A DNA stretch of 64,000 nt from Hypanus sabinus (lineage: Eukaryota): assembly GCF_030144855.1 (NCBI RefSeq), contig NC_082730.1:15438001-15502000 (forward strand), in the 5' to 3' direction. Below the pieces are notes generated by a model. That model saw only the letters and a list, made by a program, of their open reading frames with translations. It was not told the DNA's origin and ran no database searches. This document shows positions 1-12,220 of the stretch, in pieces. Each line of letters begins with the position of its first letter. Position 1 is the first letter of the stretch. Position numbers and translations under genes: made by a program.

Positions 1-105
1 CCTGGTGGTCCAAGAGGTAAAGTGAGGATTCCAAGAATACACTGACTGTGGTGGAATTTTGCATTAAGATAAAATATTTGTGCTTCTGCACAGTTTGTGC
101 ATTGA
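1..105 (+). CDS. 3' end of upstream paralogous Ig receptor: end of cytoplasmic exon (1-16, ..LVVQE) and terminal coding exon (94-105, FVH*)
   Basis: CCTGGTGGTCCAAGAG|gtaaag matches the exon end at 43824; the 77-nt intron 17-93 ends cacag, followed by TTT GTG CAT TGA; downstream sequence aligns with 43911 onward. Confidence 0.8.
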
Positions 106-689
106 GAGCTAATCTGTTGACTCCATGAAGACAGAAAAAGAAACAAAATAATGTTGTTATCCTTCAAGGTAGTGACTTTGATTTTTGAATTCCTTCTCCA
201 AGATGTCTCCTTCATTGATATCAATATTACAACAGTTTTCCCTATGTTTCCTTCATCACCCCAGCAAAAAGATTTAACCGTCACATCCTGTGTTCACTTT
301 AATTCACTTTTACACTGTTAAATTTCGTTCTATGGATTCAAATACCTGCAGATGTTGTTTGTTCTAATAACCAATGAATGATAATCAATTTCCATGTTCT
401 TCATAAATTGATGTTATCAATAAGGGGTTTTGCTTCGAACTGAAATGCATTCATGGGAAATAGATCACATTCAGGCTCCTGGACTTCCCTTTGTTGTCAA
501 CAGTTGTGAATCTTCAGGAAAGGGAAACAGTTAATCACTCATTCCGACATTCCATCAGAACAAATTTAATAAGTATTAGCTTGACTTTGATCTCTTCAGA
601 AGCTGTCCGACCTTCTGGGTATATCTATTATTCACCAATTTCATTTCAGACAGGCATGTATTTATTGTTCATTGTTCAAGTTTAATTGT

Positions 690-1420
690 CATTCATCCTT
701 ACATGAATACAGACAAAAAAAACAGCATTACTCTAGGGTCAAGGTGCAAAACACAGTACTAACAGTCAGACACAGCACAAAGTGCATATAATACAAATAA
801 GACAGCAAGCACTATAAGATATCAGAAAAATACAGTCACATAAGTAAAAATATAGTCCAAGATCATGAGTCAATGACTGCTGCATCAATCTTCAATTTAA
901 TACAATATGGCTTGTCTTCTGCCAAGTGAACCCTGCAGGGGCAGCACCAACTCCAGTTTTAACACACACCACACCACCTCCGGTGGAGCGCAGTGACTCT
1001 GGGGGTTGTAAACAGGTAATGCTGTGGCTTGAGGCCCAGTGCTCACTGCAACCAAGGCCAAGCAGAACCCCTGCCACCCGCCAATAAATCAGCGAATCAG
1101 ACTTGCACAATTCCAAATTCACAATGTCCACAAGTTTGTGTGATCGCAAGGAAATCGACTAAGATGATCACTTGCTGTGAGTTTGCACAGCATCTTTGTG
1201 CACCGAAACTCTCTGTCCCATGCAACATCACAGGCCGCACCAAGTCCAGTTCCTTCTCTTTCACCACCGAAGAGAAATTCACTGACGGGGTATATCTGCG
1301 ATACTTTAAGTTCTTAATGTCCTGCAGGGTCATGTGATTGCAGAAAATACATTTAAAAAGGACAATAACACATTTGGTTAAGGTTATAGAAGCCGCTACA
1401 ATCGAACACGCCACCATCTT
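690..1420 (-). mobile_element. Unclassified non-autonomous LINE-like interspersed repeat
   Basis: Minus strand starts aagatggtggcg; the paralogous copy (about 44480-48150) is split by the L1; no intact coding frame. Classification uncertain. Confidence 0.45.
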
Positions 1421-2354
1421 AATTTGCTTGTGTGTTCAGAAATATTGCTACACAATGATTGCTGTGATGAATTATTCAATATAGGTACAATTGTGCCACT
1501 GTAGAAAGGTGTGAAAGGACAAAGAACAATAGAAAGTAATATAGGGAGCTGAATAGAATGAGTGATCCACAACTTGTTGCAGCTTGTATCGGTCAACGGG
1601 CTGTGAAATTCCAAAATGGAGATGTTGTGTATCTCGAAGCTGATCTGTGACTGTAACCCATGATTGTACAATAAATTTTCTTTGAAAATGCCAAAAGGGT
1701 AACTCCATTATTGTAACCATGAAGCTAGAAAACATAGATTATTGATCGAGTACAAGTGATCAGGTGACATAACATCCTTCACCTGATATGTGAGGAAGTG
1801 ATGCAATACGACCAGAGTCTGTTTTGAGTTCTAATCCTCTTCATGTTGATTAGCAGCAAGTGGAGAATGTTACTGACATTCAATATATAAGTTTGAGGTC
1901 ACAGTGCAGAAGCAGAATTGTTGTTTACCATGTGACCACTCATGTGGATCCCCAATGATCAAAGGCCTCCTCATTTTTGATGGGAATCCATTGCCAGTAC
2001 AAGGATAGAGGGATCCACAGGAGAAACAAACTGTATGGGGGAGGTAATTGGAGCTATTTATTTGATTTATATATATTTGTCAAAAAGCTTAACTTGCCTT
2101 AAATGTGCATCCACTTCTTCTAAATTGAAACATTGAACTAATTTGTCACTGCTAACATGATTGTTCAATGTTACGTGCTCAGAGACACTCAGACATTTCC
2201 CTCTGCCTCTGTGAACAAACTCTATATCAACTGCTACAGCTGTGAGTTTATTTAAATCCCCAGTACTATTGAAAATGGAAATGGGGGGGAGTGGTGGGGA
2301 CATAACAGGAGGAGCTTGATAAACTGCCATTGGGAGTATGTCCGTGGTCTTCAC

Positions 2355-2740
2355 CTGCTGAGCCCATCCACTTCAAGGTTCAGCATATTATGTATTCAAA
2401 GATGCTCTTCTGCTCACCACTGTGGTAAATGCATGTTTATTTGAGTTACTGACCCTTCCTGTCAACACAAACCAGTCTGACCATTCTCCTCTGGTTTTCA
2501 AGCTAACAGGGCATTTTCACCCACAGAACTGCCACTCGCAAGGTTTCTTTTTTCCATTTTGCACCATGTTCTGTGAACTTTAGAGACTGTAGTGTGTGCA
2601 AATCCCAGGAGATCAGCAGTTACTGAGATCCTCACACTACCCCTTCTGGCACCTACAATCATTCCACAATAAAGACACCTAGACCACATTTCTACCCAAT
2701 CTGACATTTGTTCTGAAGAACAACTGAACCTCTTGACCAT
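2355..2740 (-). mobile_element. Tc1-like transposon remnant (N-terminal HTH region)
   Basis: Translation SVRISVTADLLGFAHTTVSKVHRTW resembles a Tc1 transposase DNA-binding region; related copies at about 18900-19400, 31430-31900, 48780-49170, 50150-50530, 59810-60330. Confidence 0.7.
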
Positions 2741-3503
2741 AACTTTACTCTTCCTCTCATTCTTTTCTCTTCCTCAGTCAACTTTTCGCCATGAAACCTT
2801 TACTCGTTGACTCATCACGGCTGACATTTTAACTCAAGCAAGAAAACACACTCCTTGAGGAACCTAGGGGTCAGACAGCATCAGCAGATGCAGAATGGTC
2901 AACACTTCAGTTTAAAACCCTGCTTCCTTGCACCTCCAGCAGTATATTTTTTTCTCCAGATTATAACGTCTGGTGTCTAACAATTGAACTTTCTTCATCA
3001 TTTCTATCAGTCGTTGGGAATTGTCTTTTATTTTATTTTATTTTAATTATGAGCTTTTGATATTCTGGCCATTTACGTCATCCCACCTTCCTACCACTAT
3101 CCCCTGGGTACCCTCCTACTATTTTTTCTATGTTCCACTGTGCTCTCCTACGAGATTCTTTCCTCTCCAGTCCTTTACCTTATCCACCCACTTGACTTCA
3201 CTTATCGCTTTCCAGCTAGCCTGCATCCCTTCACCCCATCTTTTCATCCTGGTGCCTTCCCCTTTCCTTTTCAGCCCTGAAAAAGGATCTCAGTCTGAAA
3301 CATCGACTGTATGTTCATTTCCATAGGTGCTGCCCGACCTGCTGAGTTCCTCCTGAATTTTGTGTGTAGCTTTGCATATGATCACATCAGCCAATGTTGG
3401 CTCAATGTGGTTTCATGACCAGACTTCCTGCCTCCTTCTTCCTTGTTTTTATTCAACAGTAATTTCACTCAGTGAACAGACAAGTGCCGAACAGGACTCT
3501 GTG

Positions 3504-3540
3504 ATGTGGATTTTGATTCTTCTGATAAGTTTCCTACCCG
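3504..3540 (+). CDS. Signal-peptide (leader) exon, distal type L1, MWILILLISFLP
   Basis: ATG, 12 hydrophobic codons, phase-1 donor G|gtgagt; homologous to leaders at 14831, 51308, 57961. Confidence 0.75.
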
Positions 3541-3879
3541 GTGAGTGACAACCAGCATGGGACATTTTTATAACCAGTATAGGTTTGGGGGGGGGGGGGG
3601 TCTTGCATCATTTCCGGAACAGTACTTGAATATGTGTAGACAGTAAAGATTTCAGAATCCGGATTTCAGAGAAAAGCCCTGGTGGAACTCAACAGGCCAA
3701 GCAGCATCTGTCAGATGGAAAGGAGTTGTTGATGATTTGGGTCAAAACCCCGCATTGAATCTGAGTGAAGAGGGAAAATAGTATAAATAAGAGAAAGGGC
3801 ATTGTGAAACAGGGTCAGTTACCTGGACTGCACCCCAGGGTTCTGATTCAGGCAACTGAAGAGATTGTGGAGGCATGAG

Positions 3880-4215
3880 TAAATTTCTTTCAAGCATGGT
3901 TCCAGAGGACTGGAAAATTACAGTCCTCTCTTTAAAAAGGGAGAGAGACAAAGAGCAGGAAATTATAGGTCAATTAGCCTGACTGCAGTGGTTGGTAAGA
4001 TGATAGAATCAATTATTAAGGATGAGGATTCAGAGTACTTGCAGGCATTTGGTAATATAGGCCTAAGTCAGCATGATTTCCTTGAGGAGAGATCTATCCT
4101 ACCAAATCTGTTGGAATTCTTTAAGGAATTAACAAGCTGGCTAGAGAAAGGAGACTTTGTCTGTCAGTGGATGTTATTGGCCAGGATTTTCAGATGGCCG
4201 TTGACAAAGTGCTGC
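3880..4215 (+). mobile_element. CR1 LINE ORF2 fragment
   Basis: GNYRSISLTAVVGKMIESIIKD-like RT start; paralog at 51660-52010. Confidence 0.8.
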
Positions 4216-4939
4216 ACTAGTCAAAGTCAAAGTAAATGTATTATCAAAGTAGGCTTATGTCAACATAAGCCCGTGACCGTGAGATTCATTCTCTTTCAGG
4301 CATTTAGAGAAAAATAAAGCAATGTGATAGAATTTGTGAAAACCTGAAGGAATAAAGACTGACAAACAACCAATGTGGAAAGGAAGACAAATCTTGCAGA
4401 TAAAAAATTACATATTTTGATGCATTATTTTTATACAGAGAGTATGAGTTGTAGAATCCTTGAAAGTGATAGTATGAGTACATGGGTTGTGGAATCAGTT
4501 CAGAGTTGAGGTGAGTGAAGTTATCCACATCAGTTTAGGAGTCTGATGGTTGAAGGGTAATAAACATTCCTGAACCTGGGGGAGTTGTGGAGATGGAGAG
4601 ATGGGGTAAGAGGAATTGTAGGAAAGGCAATCAAAATTATTGCCCCTATGCAACAGTAAATCTGTTGCACGCATTGTATTGGTGCTGTGGAATATTGGTC
4701 ACCAATATTCAGTTTTAGTGCAAACAAGTAGGCCATATGGATGGGAAGGAAATATTGCATGTATATTCAGTTAGATTAAAAAAATAAGCTTTTATTTGTC
4801 ACATGTACATGAAAGCATCGAATCATACAGCAAAATACATCTTCTTGTGTTAAAGCAAATTAGCGAAGCCAATGCTGGGATTAGGCTGGGTTAAGTAGGT
4901 GGGTTACTGGGTGATGTGGGTTATTGAATGGAAATTAAT

Positions 4940-6350
4940 TGAATTGATTTGAATTGACTATTATTTACATTCTTCATATACATAAGGAGCAAAACTCTTT
5001 ACGTTACTTCTAAATTTGTAATGTGCAATTTATTATAATTTTCAGTAATATTACGTACAAAAGGACAGTCAATACAACATAGAAATACAATTGTATCAGC
5101 ATAAATTAATCAGTCTGATGGCCCGGTGGAAGAAGCTGTCCCAGAGCCTGTTGGTCCTGGCTTTTATGCCGCAGTAATGTTTCCCAGATGGTATCAGCTG
5201 GAACAATTTGTGGTTGATGTGACACAGGTGCCCAATCATCCTTTGGGCTCTTTTTACACACCTGTCTTTGTAAATGTCCTTATTAGTGAGAAGTTCACAT
5301 CGACAGATGCGCTGGGCTGTCCGCACCACTCTCTGCAGAGTCCTGCAATTGAGGGAAGTACAGTTCCCATATCAAACAGTGATGCAGCTAGTCAGGATGC
5401 TCTCAATTGTGCCCCTGTAGAAAGTCCTTAGGATTTGGGGATCCATACCAAACCTCTTCAACCATCTTTTTCATCATCTTTTTTGCCTTTTTCACCACAA
5501 AGCCGGTATGTATAGACCACATGAGATCCTTGGTGATTTGTATGCCAAGGAACTTAAAACCTTTCACCATCTCACCGCCAGATCTATTGATGTTAATAGG
5601 GGTTAGCCTGTTTCCATTCCTCCTGTAGTCCACAACCAGCTCCTTTGTTTTGCAACACTGAGGGAGAGGTTGTTTTCTTGACACCACTGTGTCAGGATGA
5701 TGACTTCTTCTCTGTAGGCTGTCTCATTATTGTTTGAGATTAGGCCAATCTATGTAGTATCATCAGCAAATATAATTAGCAGATTGGAGCTTTGGGTGGT
5801 GACACAGTCATGGGTGCACAGAGAGAAAAGGAGGGGGCTTAGGACACAGCCCTGAGGGACACCTGTGTTGATGGTCAGAGGGGCAGAGGTGAGGGAGCCC
5901 ACTCTTTCCAAATGCCGGCAATCTGACAGGAAGTCCAGGATCCTGCTGCACAAGGCAGGGTGTAGTCTGAGGTCTGGGAGCTTCTCGTCCAGTCTGGAGG
6001 GTATTATGGTGTTGAATGCTGAACTATAGTCCAAGAACAGCATTCTCACAAAAGCATCCTTCTTCTCCAGATGTGTAAGGATGGTGTGTATAGCTGTGGC
6101 TATTGTATCATTTGTCGATCAGTTGTGTTGTTAGGTGAATTACAGGGGCTCTTGTGTGGGTGGCAGCATGCTGCAGATGTCGTCCTTGACCAGCTTCTTA
6201 AAACATGTGCTTATTATTGAAGTGAGTGCCACAGGACGCCAGTCATTCAGACATATTACCTTGGTCTTTTTAGCTATAGGAAGAATGGTGGATGGCTTGA
6301 GCAGGAGGGCACTGAAAGAGGGAGAGATTAAAGGGCTTAAACTGCCTTTT
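4940..6350 (-). mobile_element. Rex1/Babar-type LINE, degenerate RT and 3' end
   Basis: RMLFLDYSSAFNTI, GVPQGCVLSPLLFSL, FADDTT, and C-terminal ARTNRLWDSFFHRAIRL; (TCAAT)-like tail near 4940. Confidence 0.85.
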
Positions 6351-7429
6351 CTGTGTTGTATCTCCAACTGAATAAACACTGAGAACATGAGTTGTGGAGT
6401 CTTTGAAAGTGAGCCTATAGGTTGTGTGCAGTGATCAGTTCAGTGTTGAGAGAGTGAAGTTATCCATGCTGATTCAGGAGCCTGATCTTGAGACTACAGT
6501 CTGTTAGTTACTGAAACTTGACGCATTAAAATGAGAATCCTCTGTCATATTAATCGAAGAAAATGACATCATCTTGGTCAGTGGTGAAAGACATACAACT
6601 AAAATAAGCTTAAAATGTGTGTGCAGGTAGCAGTTATATTCCATGTTGAAACTTGCTGCATAATAGTGACCTGTCAGTTTTCCATGTAAATGCAGCCTTT
6701 GGTCTTAGTTCTTCTCTCCCTCATTCTCTTTGTGAAGAAATTTCTTCTCTTCCATATTGTTATCTGATTACAAAGAATCTTCTAATATTTTGCACTTTAT
6801 CATGCAGTGTTGATTCTCATATTTGCAAACAACTCCCTTCATGTAGCAGCTCCAAAGCTAAATGTACATCCACAGGTTACAGTTACATGTCAACTCTGAG
6901 AAAAATAGCAACTTCCATTTGCAGATTCACACCCCACTGACCATTGCAAGCTGCATCAAGCTGCAAACACTCATTTTGTTCAACGCACAACTTTTAATTG
7001 TGTTGTTCATTCATCTTTAAGGCCTTTGAATATTGATACTAAATATACTATATTTTAATGAATTTTTATTTTATGTTGATCAAATCATTGTATCATTCTC
7101 AAAAAAAAAACAGATTTATTCTTAAAGTGCATACTGTATATATCACCGTATACTATCCTGACGTTCATTTACTTACAGGCATTCAGTGTAAGTACAAAGA
7201 AACACAGTAGTATCAATGAAAAACTACACATGAACAATGGCAGACAACAATCAACATGTAAAAGAAAAATGATGTGCAAATAATAAATGAAAAACTTAAT
7301 AATAATAATAATAAGTAAATAAGTACTAAATATTATTTGAGAACATGAGTTGTAGAGTGTTTGAAAGTGAGTCCAGAGGTTCAGTGATTGGTCAAATTAT
7401 CCACTCTGGTTCAGGAACCTGATGGTTAA

Positions 7430-7960
7430 GGGTTAATATCTGTTCCTGAACCTGGGGGTGTGGGACATGAGGCTCCTGTAACTGCTTCCTGACGGCAACT
7501 GGAAGAAGGGAGCATGGCCTGGATGATGGATGATGGTTCTGTGCGACAACATTGCTCAACAGTGAGGAGGGGTTTATCTGTGACAGACTGGGCTGTATTC
7601 ACTACCTTTTGTAGGAATTTCCATTCAAGGTCATTGGTGTTTTCATACCATTTCTTGATGCAATCAGCAAGAATACTTTCCACTGCTCATCTGTAGAACT
7701 TTGTCAAAGTTTTAGATGACATTTTGATGTTCGCAAACTTCTCTGTAGATAATGCGTTGTTGTGGCTTCTTTGTAACGACAGTTAAGGGCTGCACACAGG
7801 ACAAATCCTTCAAAATGATAACGACAAGCAATTTAAAGTTCCTGACTCTTTTCATCACCGATACCCTGATGAGGACTGGCTCATAACCCTTTGGATACCT
7901 CCTTCTGTTGTCAATAATCAGCTCTTTTGGTTTTGTTGATTTTGAGTTAGATGTTATACC
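7430..7960 (-). mobile_element. Degenerate Rex1/Babar-type 3' fragment
   Basis: ESILADCIKKWY, KFLQKVVNTAQ, KPKELIIDNRR motifs; paralog 52129-52520. Confidence 0.7.
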
Positions 7961-8428
7961 ATTCACTTTGAGTGATGGAACTTGAAGGCAGATTACAGTG
8001 TTGATGGCAGGATTCTTACTAATAAGGAGGTACAGAGGGATATTGGGATCCAAAATTCCTTGAAGTTGCTATACAAGTTGAAAGGATGTTAACGAAGGTA
8101 TATGATGTGGTGGACTTCATTAGTTGAGGGAAGTGAGTTCAAGAGTTGCAAGATAATGTTACAGCTCTGTAACACTGGTTCGATTACACTTGTTATGGAG
8201 TGTAAGGCATAGACTGAATGGACATTCAGCACCTCTTTCTCATGCTGACAGTGACCAATACCAGAGGACATCCATTTTAAGGTGGGTAGGATATGTTAGG
8301 GGAGATGTAAGAGAAAAGATTTTTTTAAACAGTGAGTGGTGGTCCGTGGAATACACTGTGGGATGGTACCAGAGGCTAATAAAACAGGGGCATTTAGAGG
8401 CTGTTAGATAGCACATACTGTACATGTA

Positions 8429-9681
8429 CAGTGCCAATAACAAGTATTCTCCCCCCTCTTTGAAATGTTCATGTATTATTGTTTTACAACATTGAATCAC
8501 TGTAGACTGAATTTGGCTGGTGAGTCAGTATACTTGCAAAAACTAAGTAGATGACCATGTAGACAAAAGAACACTCCAAACAACTCTGTGAAAAGATGAT
8601 TGAAAAGCACAAGTCAGGAGATGGATACAAGGAAATTTCCAAGGCAATCTTCAAGAAATGGAAAGAATATGGCACAGCTGTCCTCAAAAACTGAGTGACC
8701 TCCCAAGAGGGGGACGATTGAAGGAGGTCACCTGGACATCTATGACAGCTCTGGAGGAGTTACAAACCTCAGCGGCTGAGATGTGAGAAGCTATGCATAC
8801 AACAATAATTGCCCGTATGCTTCACCGGTCACAGCTTTAAGGGAGAGTGGCAAAGAGAAAGCCAAAGTGCGAGGCTCTGAAGTCAGCTAGAAGGATTATT
8901 GGTCTGATGAAACCAAAATTTAGCTTTTTTGGCCATCAGACTGCAAGCTATATTTGGCATAAGCCAAACAACACACATCATCAAAAACACACCATGAGGC
9001 ATGGTAGTGGCTGCATCATGCTGTGAGGATGCTTCCCTGCAGCAGGCCTAGAAGGCCATGTGAAGGTAGTGGGTAAATGAATGCACCCAAATCCAGGGAA
9101 ATCCTGGAGAAGAACCAGATGCAGTGTGCTGCGACTTGGGAAAAGATTTGTTTTCCAGCAAGACAATCACCCCAAGTATAAAGCCAAATCAACAGAGGAA
9201 TGGGCTAAAAACCAATGAAGTTAATGTCTTGCAGTGGCGAAGTCAGAACCAAGGCATCAAACCAATTGAGAATTTGTAGCTGGGCTTGAAAAAGGTTGTC
9301 TGCAAATGATCCACATGCAATCTGACAGAGATTGAGCAATTTTGTAAAAAGAATGGGGGAAAATTTGCAGTGTACAGATGTGCCAAGCTGATAGAGACCG
9401 GTCCACACAGACTCGACTCAAGGTTCTAATTGCTGCCAAAAGTGCATCTAATAAAATACTGACTTGAAGGGGGTGAATACTTGTGCAATCAATTAACTTA
9501 TGTCTTATATCTGTAATTAATTTAGATCACTTTGTGGAGATCTGTTTTCACATTGACATGAAAGAATCTTTTTTCTGTTGGTCAGTGTCAAAAAAGCTAA
9601 ACTAAATCCATTGTGATTCAAAGTTGTAAAACAGTTAAACATGAAAACTTCCAAGGGGGTGAACACTTTTTATAGGCACAG
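8429..9681 (+). mobile_element. Tc1 DNA transposon, degenerate, both ends present
   Basis: TA-flanked inverted ends (cagtgccaataa.. / ..tataggcacag); decayed KSGDGYK, WSDETKI, QQDN.PK and NPIEN transposase motifs. Confidence 0.9.
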
Positions 9682-11456
9682 TATGTTCAATGTTCCTACA
9701 AATATCAGAACTAGTTTTCTTTCTCTCTACTATTCAGAATTACTCTTTCTTCTCAGCTGATGCCTTTCATTACAATACCATGAAGGTATGGATAACACAC
9801 TTGAGTGATATTTCTGTGTTTTCTGATTTATCAGCAATATTGATTTATAGGCATCTGTAAGAACAAACACATTCATTTCTCAGAGTCTGGCTATATGGAG
9901 ATTGGTTAAGATTGATTAAAGAAAGGTAAAGCTCTCCCTTCCAATGAGCATATGTACAAAGGGGTATCCATCAAGAAAGCAGTATCCATCATCAAGGACT
10001 CCCATTATCCAGATATGCTCTCTTCCAGCTGCTGCCATCAGAAAGCAAGTCCAGGAGCCTTCTGTCCCAAACCACCAGGTTCAGGAATAGTTCAGCCATC
10101 AGGCTCTTGAACCAGTTTGGATAACTTCACTCACCTCAACACTAAACACAACATATGGACTCACTTTAAAAGACTCCACAACTCATGTCTCAATCTCAGG
10201 ATAGTATAAAGTGACATATACATACTTGGAGAATAATTTAGATGAAGCTTCACAAGTTTGATAAGGTGCAGGATTTTGCACCTTTTGTAGAAAGGTTGTA
10301 GAAAAATCATTTTGTAGAAATGGAGTGAGAAATAGAAACAAGCATGAACATTTCCAGTCACTCTACAAACTTCTTAATGGAGAACAAGCACTGGAAATGA
10401 AAGTTGGGTGCTGAATAAAATGAGTGAGCTGCAAATTATTGCAGCTTGCATCGGTCATCGGGGTATGGATCTGCAAAGAGAAGGTGTAACTTTCCTCAGT
10501 ACTGATCTGTGACTATGATCCATGTATATACATTAAAGGGTCTTGAAAAGAAGAGATGGTGAACTGTAGTTTTGTATTTACAATCACGGTAGTATAGAGT
10601 GACATATATGCACTTACATATTAAATTTAATTTGAATTTTGAACATTGAAGTGACCCATCGACGATTAGAAATATAACATAATATCCTTCACCTGCCATA
10701 TGAGGAGGTGAAGCAGTAACACCAGAGTCTGCTTGGAGCTCATGACCTCTTCAGCTGAGGGTTATCTGATGGTGTAGATTAGCTGCAGGTAACTCGAGAA
10801 GCAGTGGTCCCACTTGTGAATCTGATCCTGTTAAACCTGAGCTCGGTAATGATCTGAGGGAAGGAACTTGGGTTGGGTTTTTTTCTGCTGCAAAGCAGCA
10901 AATTTCACACCAGCAGACAGTGAAAATAACCCAGATTGTGATTCAGAAAGAGAACCTTTCCTGTCCCAGGACATCCCAAAGCAATTCTCAGAGGATATGG
11001 TAGAACTCTGTGTTCATTACCTGTTTTACAAAAAAAGTATAAAGGGAAGTAGCAATGGATGCCACACATAAACAAAGTGTTCCTTCATCTTCTTGCATTG
11101 CTCAGTCACTTCAGACAATAAGATGTAGGGGCATAAGAAGGCCATTCAGCCCATTGAGTCTGTTCCACCATCATATAATGTCTCATTTATTGTTCGTGTC
11201 AAACCCATTTCTCCATAGATTTTGACACCCTTACTAATCAAAAACTTATCAAGCTCTGCTTCAAATATATCCAACGACAGCCTCCAGAGCTGCCTGTAAC
11301 AACAAATTCTCCAGAATTAGCACCTGCTGCTCGGGGGTTCTCTCACCACAGCAAACATCTCTCGACATACAGTCCATCCAGGTTCTAGGCCGTTCACTAT
11401 TCAAGAGGCTTCAGTGAGAATCCACACCCCCTCCAATTCTTTTAAACTCCAGCAAG

Positions 11457-12220
11457 TACATAAGACCATAAGAAACATAAGCAGAAGGTGGCAATCTGGC
11501 CCATCGAACCTGCAATGCCTTTCAGTAAAATCATGGCTGATCTGGCCATGGACTCATCTCCAACCACCTGCCTTTTCCCCACAACCCGTAATTCCCCTAC
11601 TAGGCAAAAATCGATCCAACCTTGTCTTAAATACAGTATATTTACTGAGTTAGCATCCAGTGCTTCAGAGGGCAGAGAATTCCACAGATTCACCACTCTC
11701 TGGGAAAAGCAGTTACTCCTCATCTCTGTCTTAAATCTACTCCCCTGAATCTTAAGGCTTTTCCCCCTAGTTCTCGTCTCAGCTACCAGTGGAAACAACT
11801 TTCCTGCCTCTATCTTACCTAACCCTTTCATAATTGTATATGTTCCTTAAGATCTCCTCTCATTCTGCTGAATGAGAATCGAGTACAGTCCCAAGCGACT
11901 CAATCTTTCTTCATAGTCTACCTGCCTTATCTCTGGAATAAACCTGGTGAATCTCCTCTGCAACGCCTCCAAGGCCACTATATCCTTCCTCAAGTAAGGA
12001 GACCAGAATTGCACACAGTCCACCAGATATGGCCTCACCATTACCCTGTGCAGTTGCAACATAACCTCCCTGCTCTTAAATTCAATCCCTCTAGCAATGA
12101 AAGCCAACACTCCATTGGACTTCTTGATAGCCTGCTGCAGCTGTCAACCAACATTTTGTGATCCATGCACAAGCAGACCCAAGTCCCATTCCATAGCAGC
12201 ATGCTGTTATTATTTACCAC
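11457..12220 (-). mobile_element. CR1 LINE 3' fragment
   Basis: LAFIARGIEFKSREVML, VQFWSPYLRKD, FSQRVVNLWNSLP; (cttatg)-type tail at the low-coordinate end. Confidence 0.9.

Noticed and set aside
2067-2354. 95-aa minus-strand ORF as a host gene
   Set aside because: No recognisable domain, and the paralogous region near 49860-50140 has in-frame stops.
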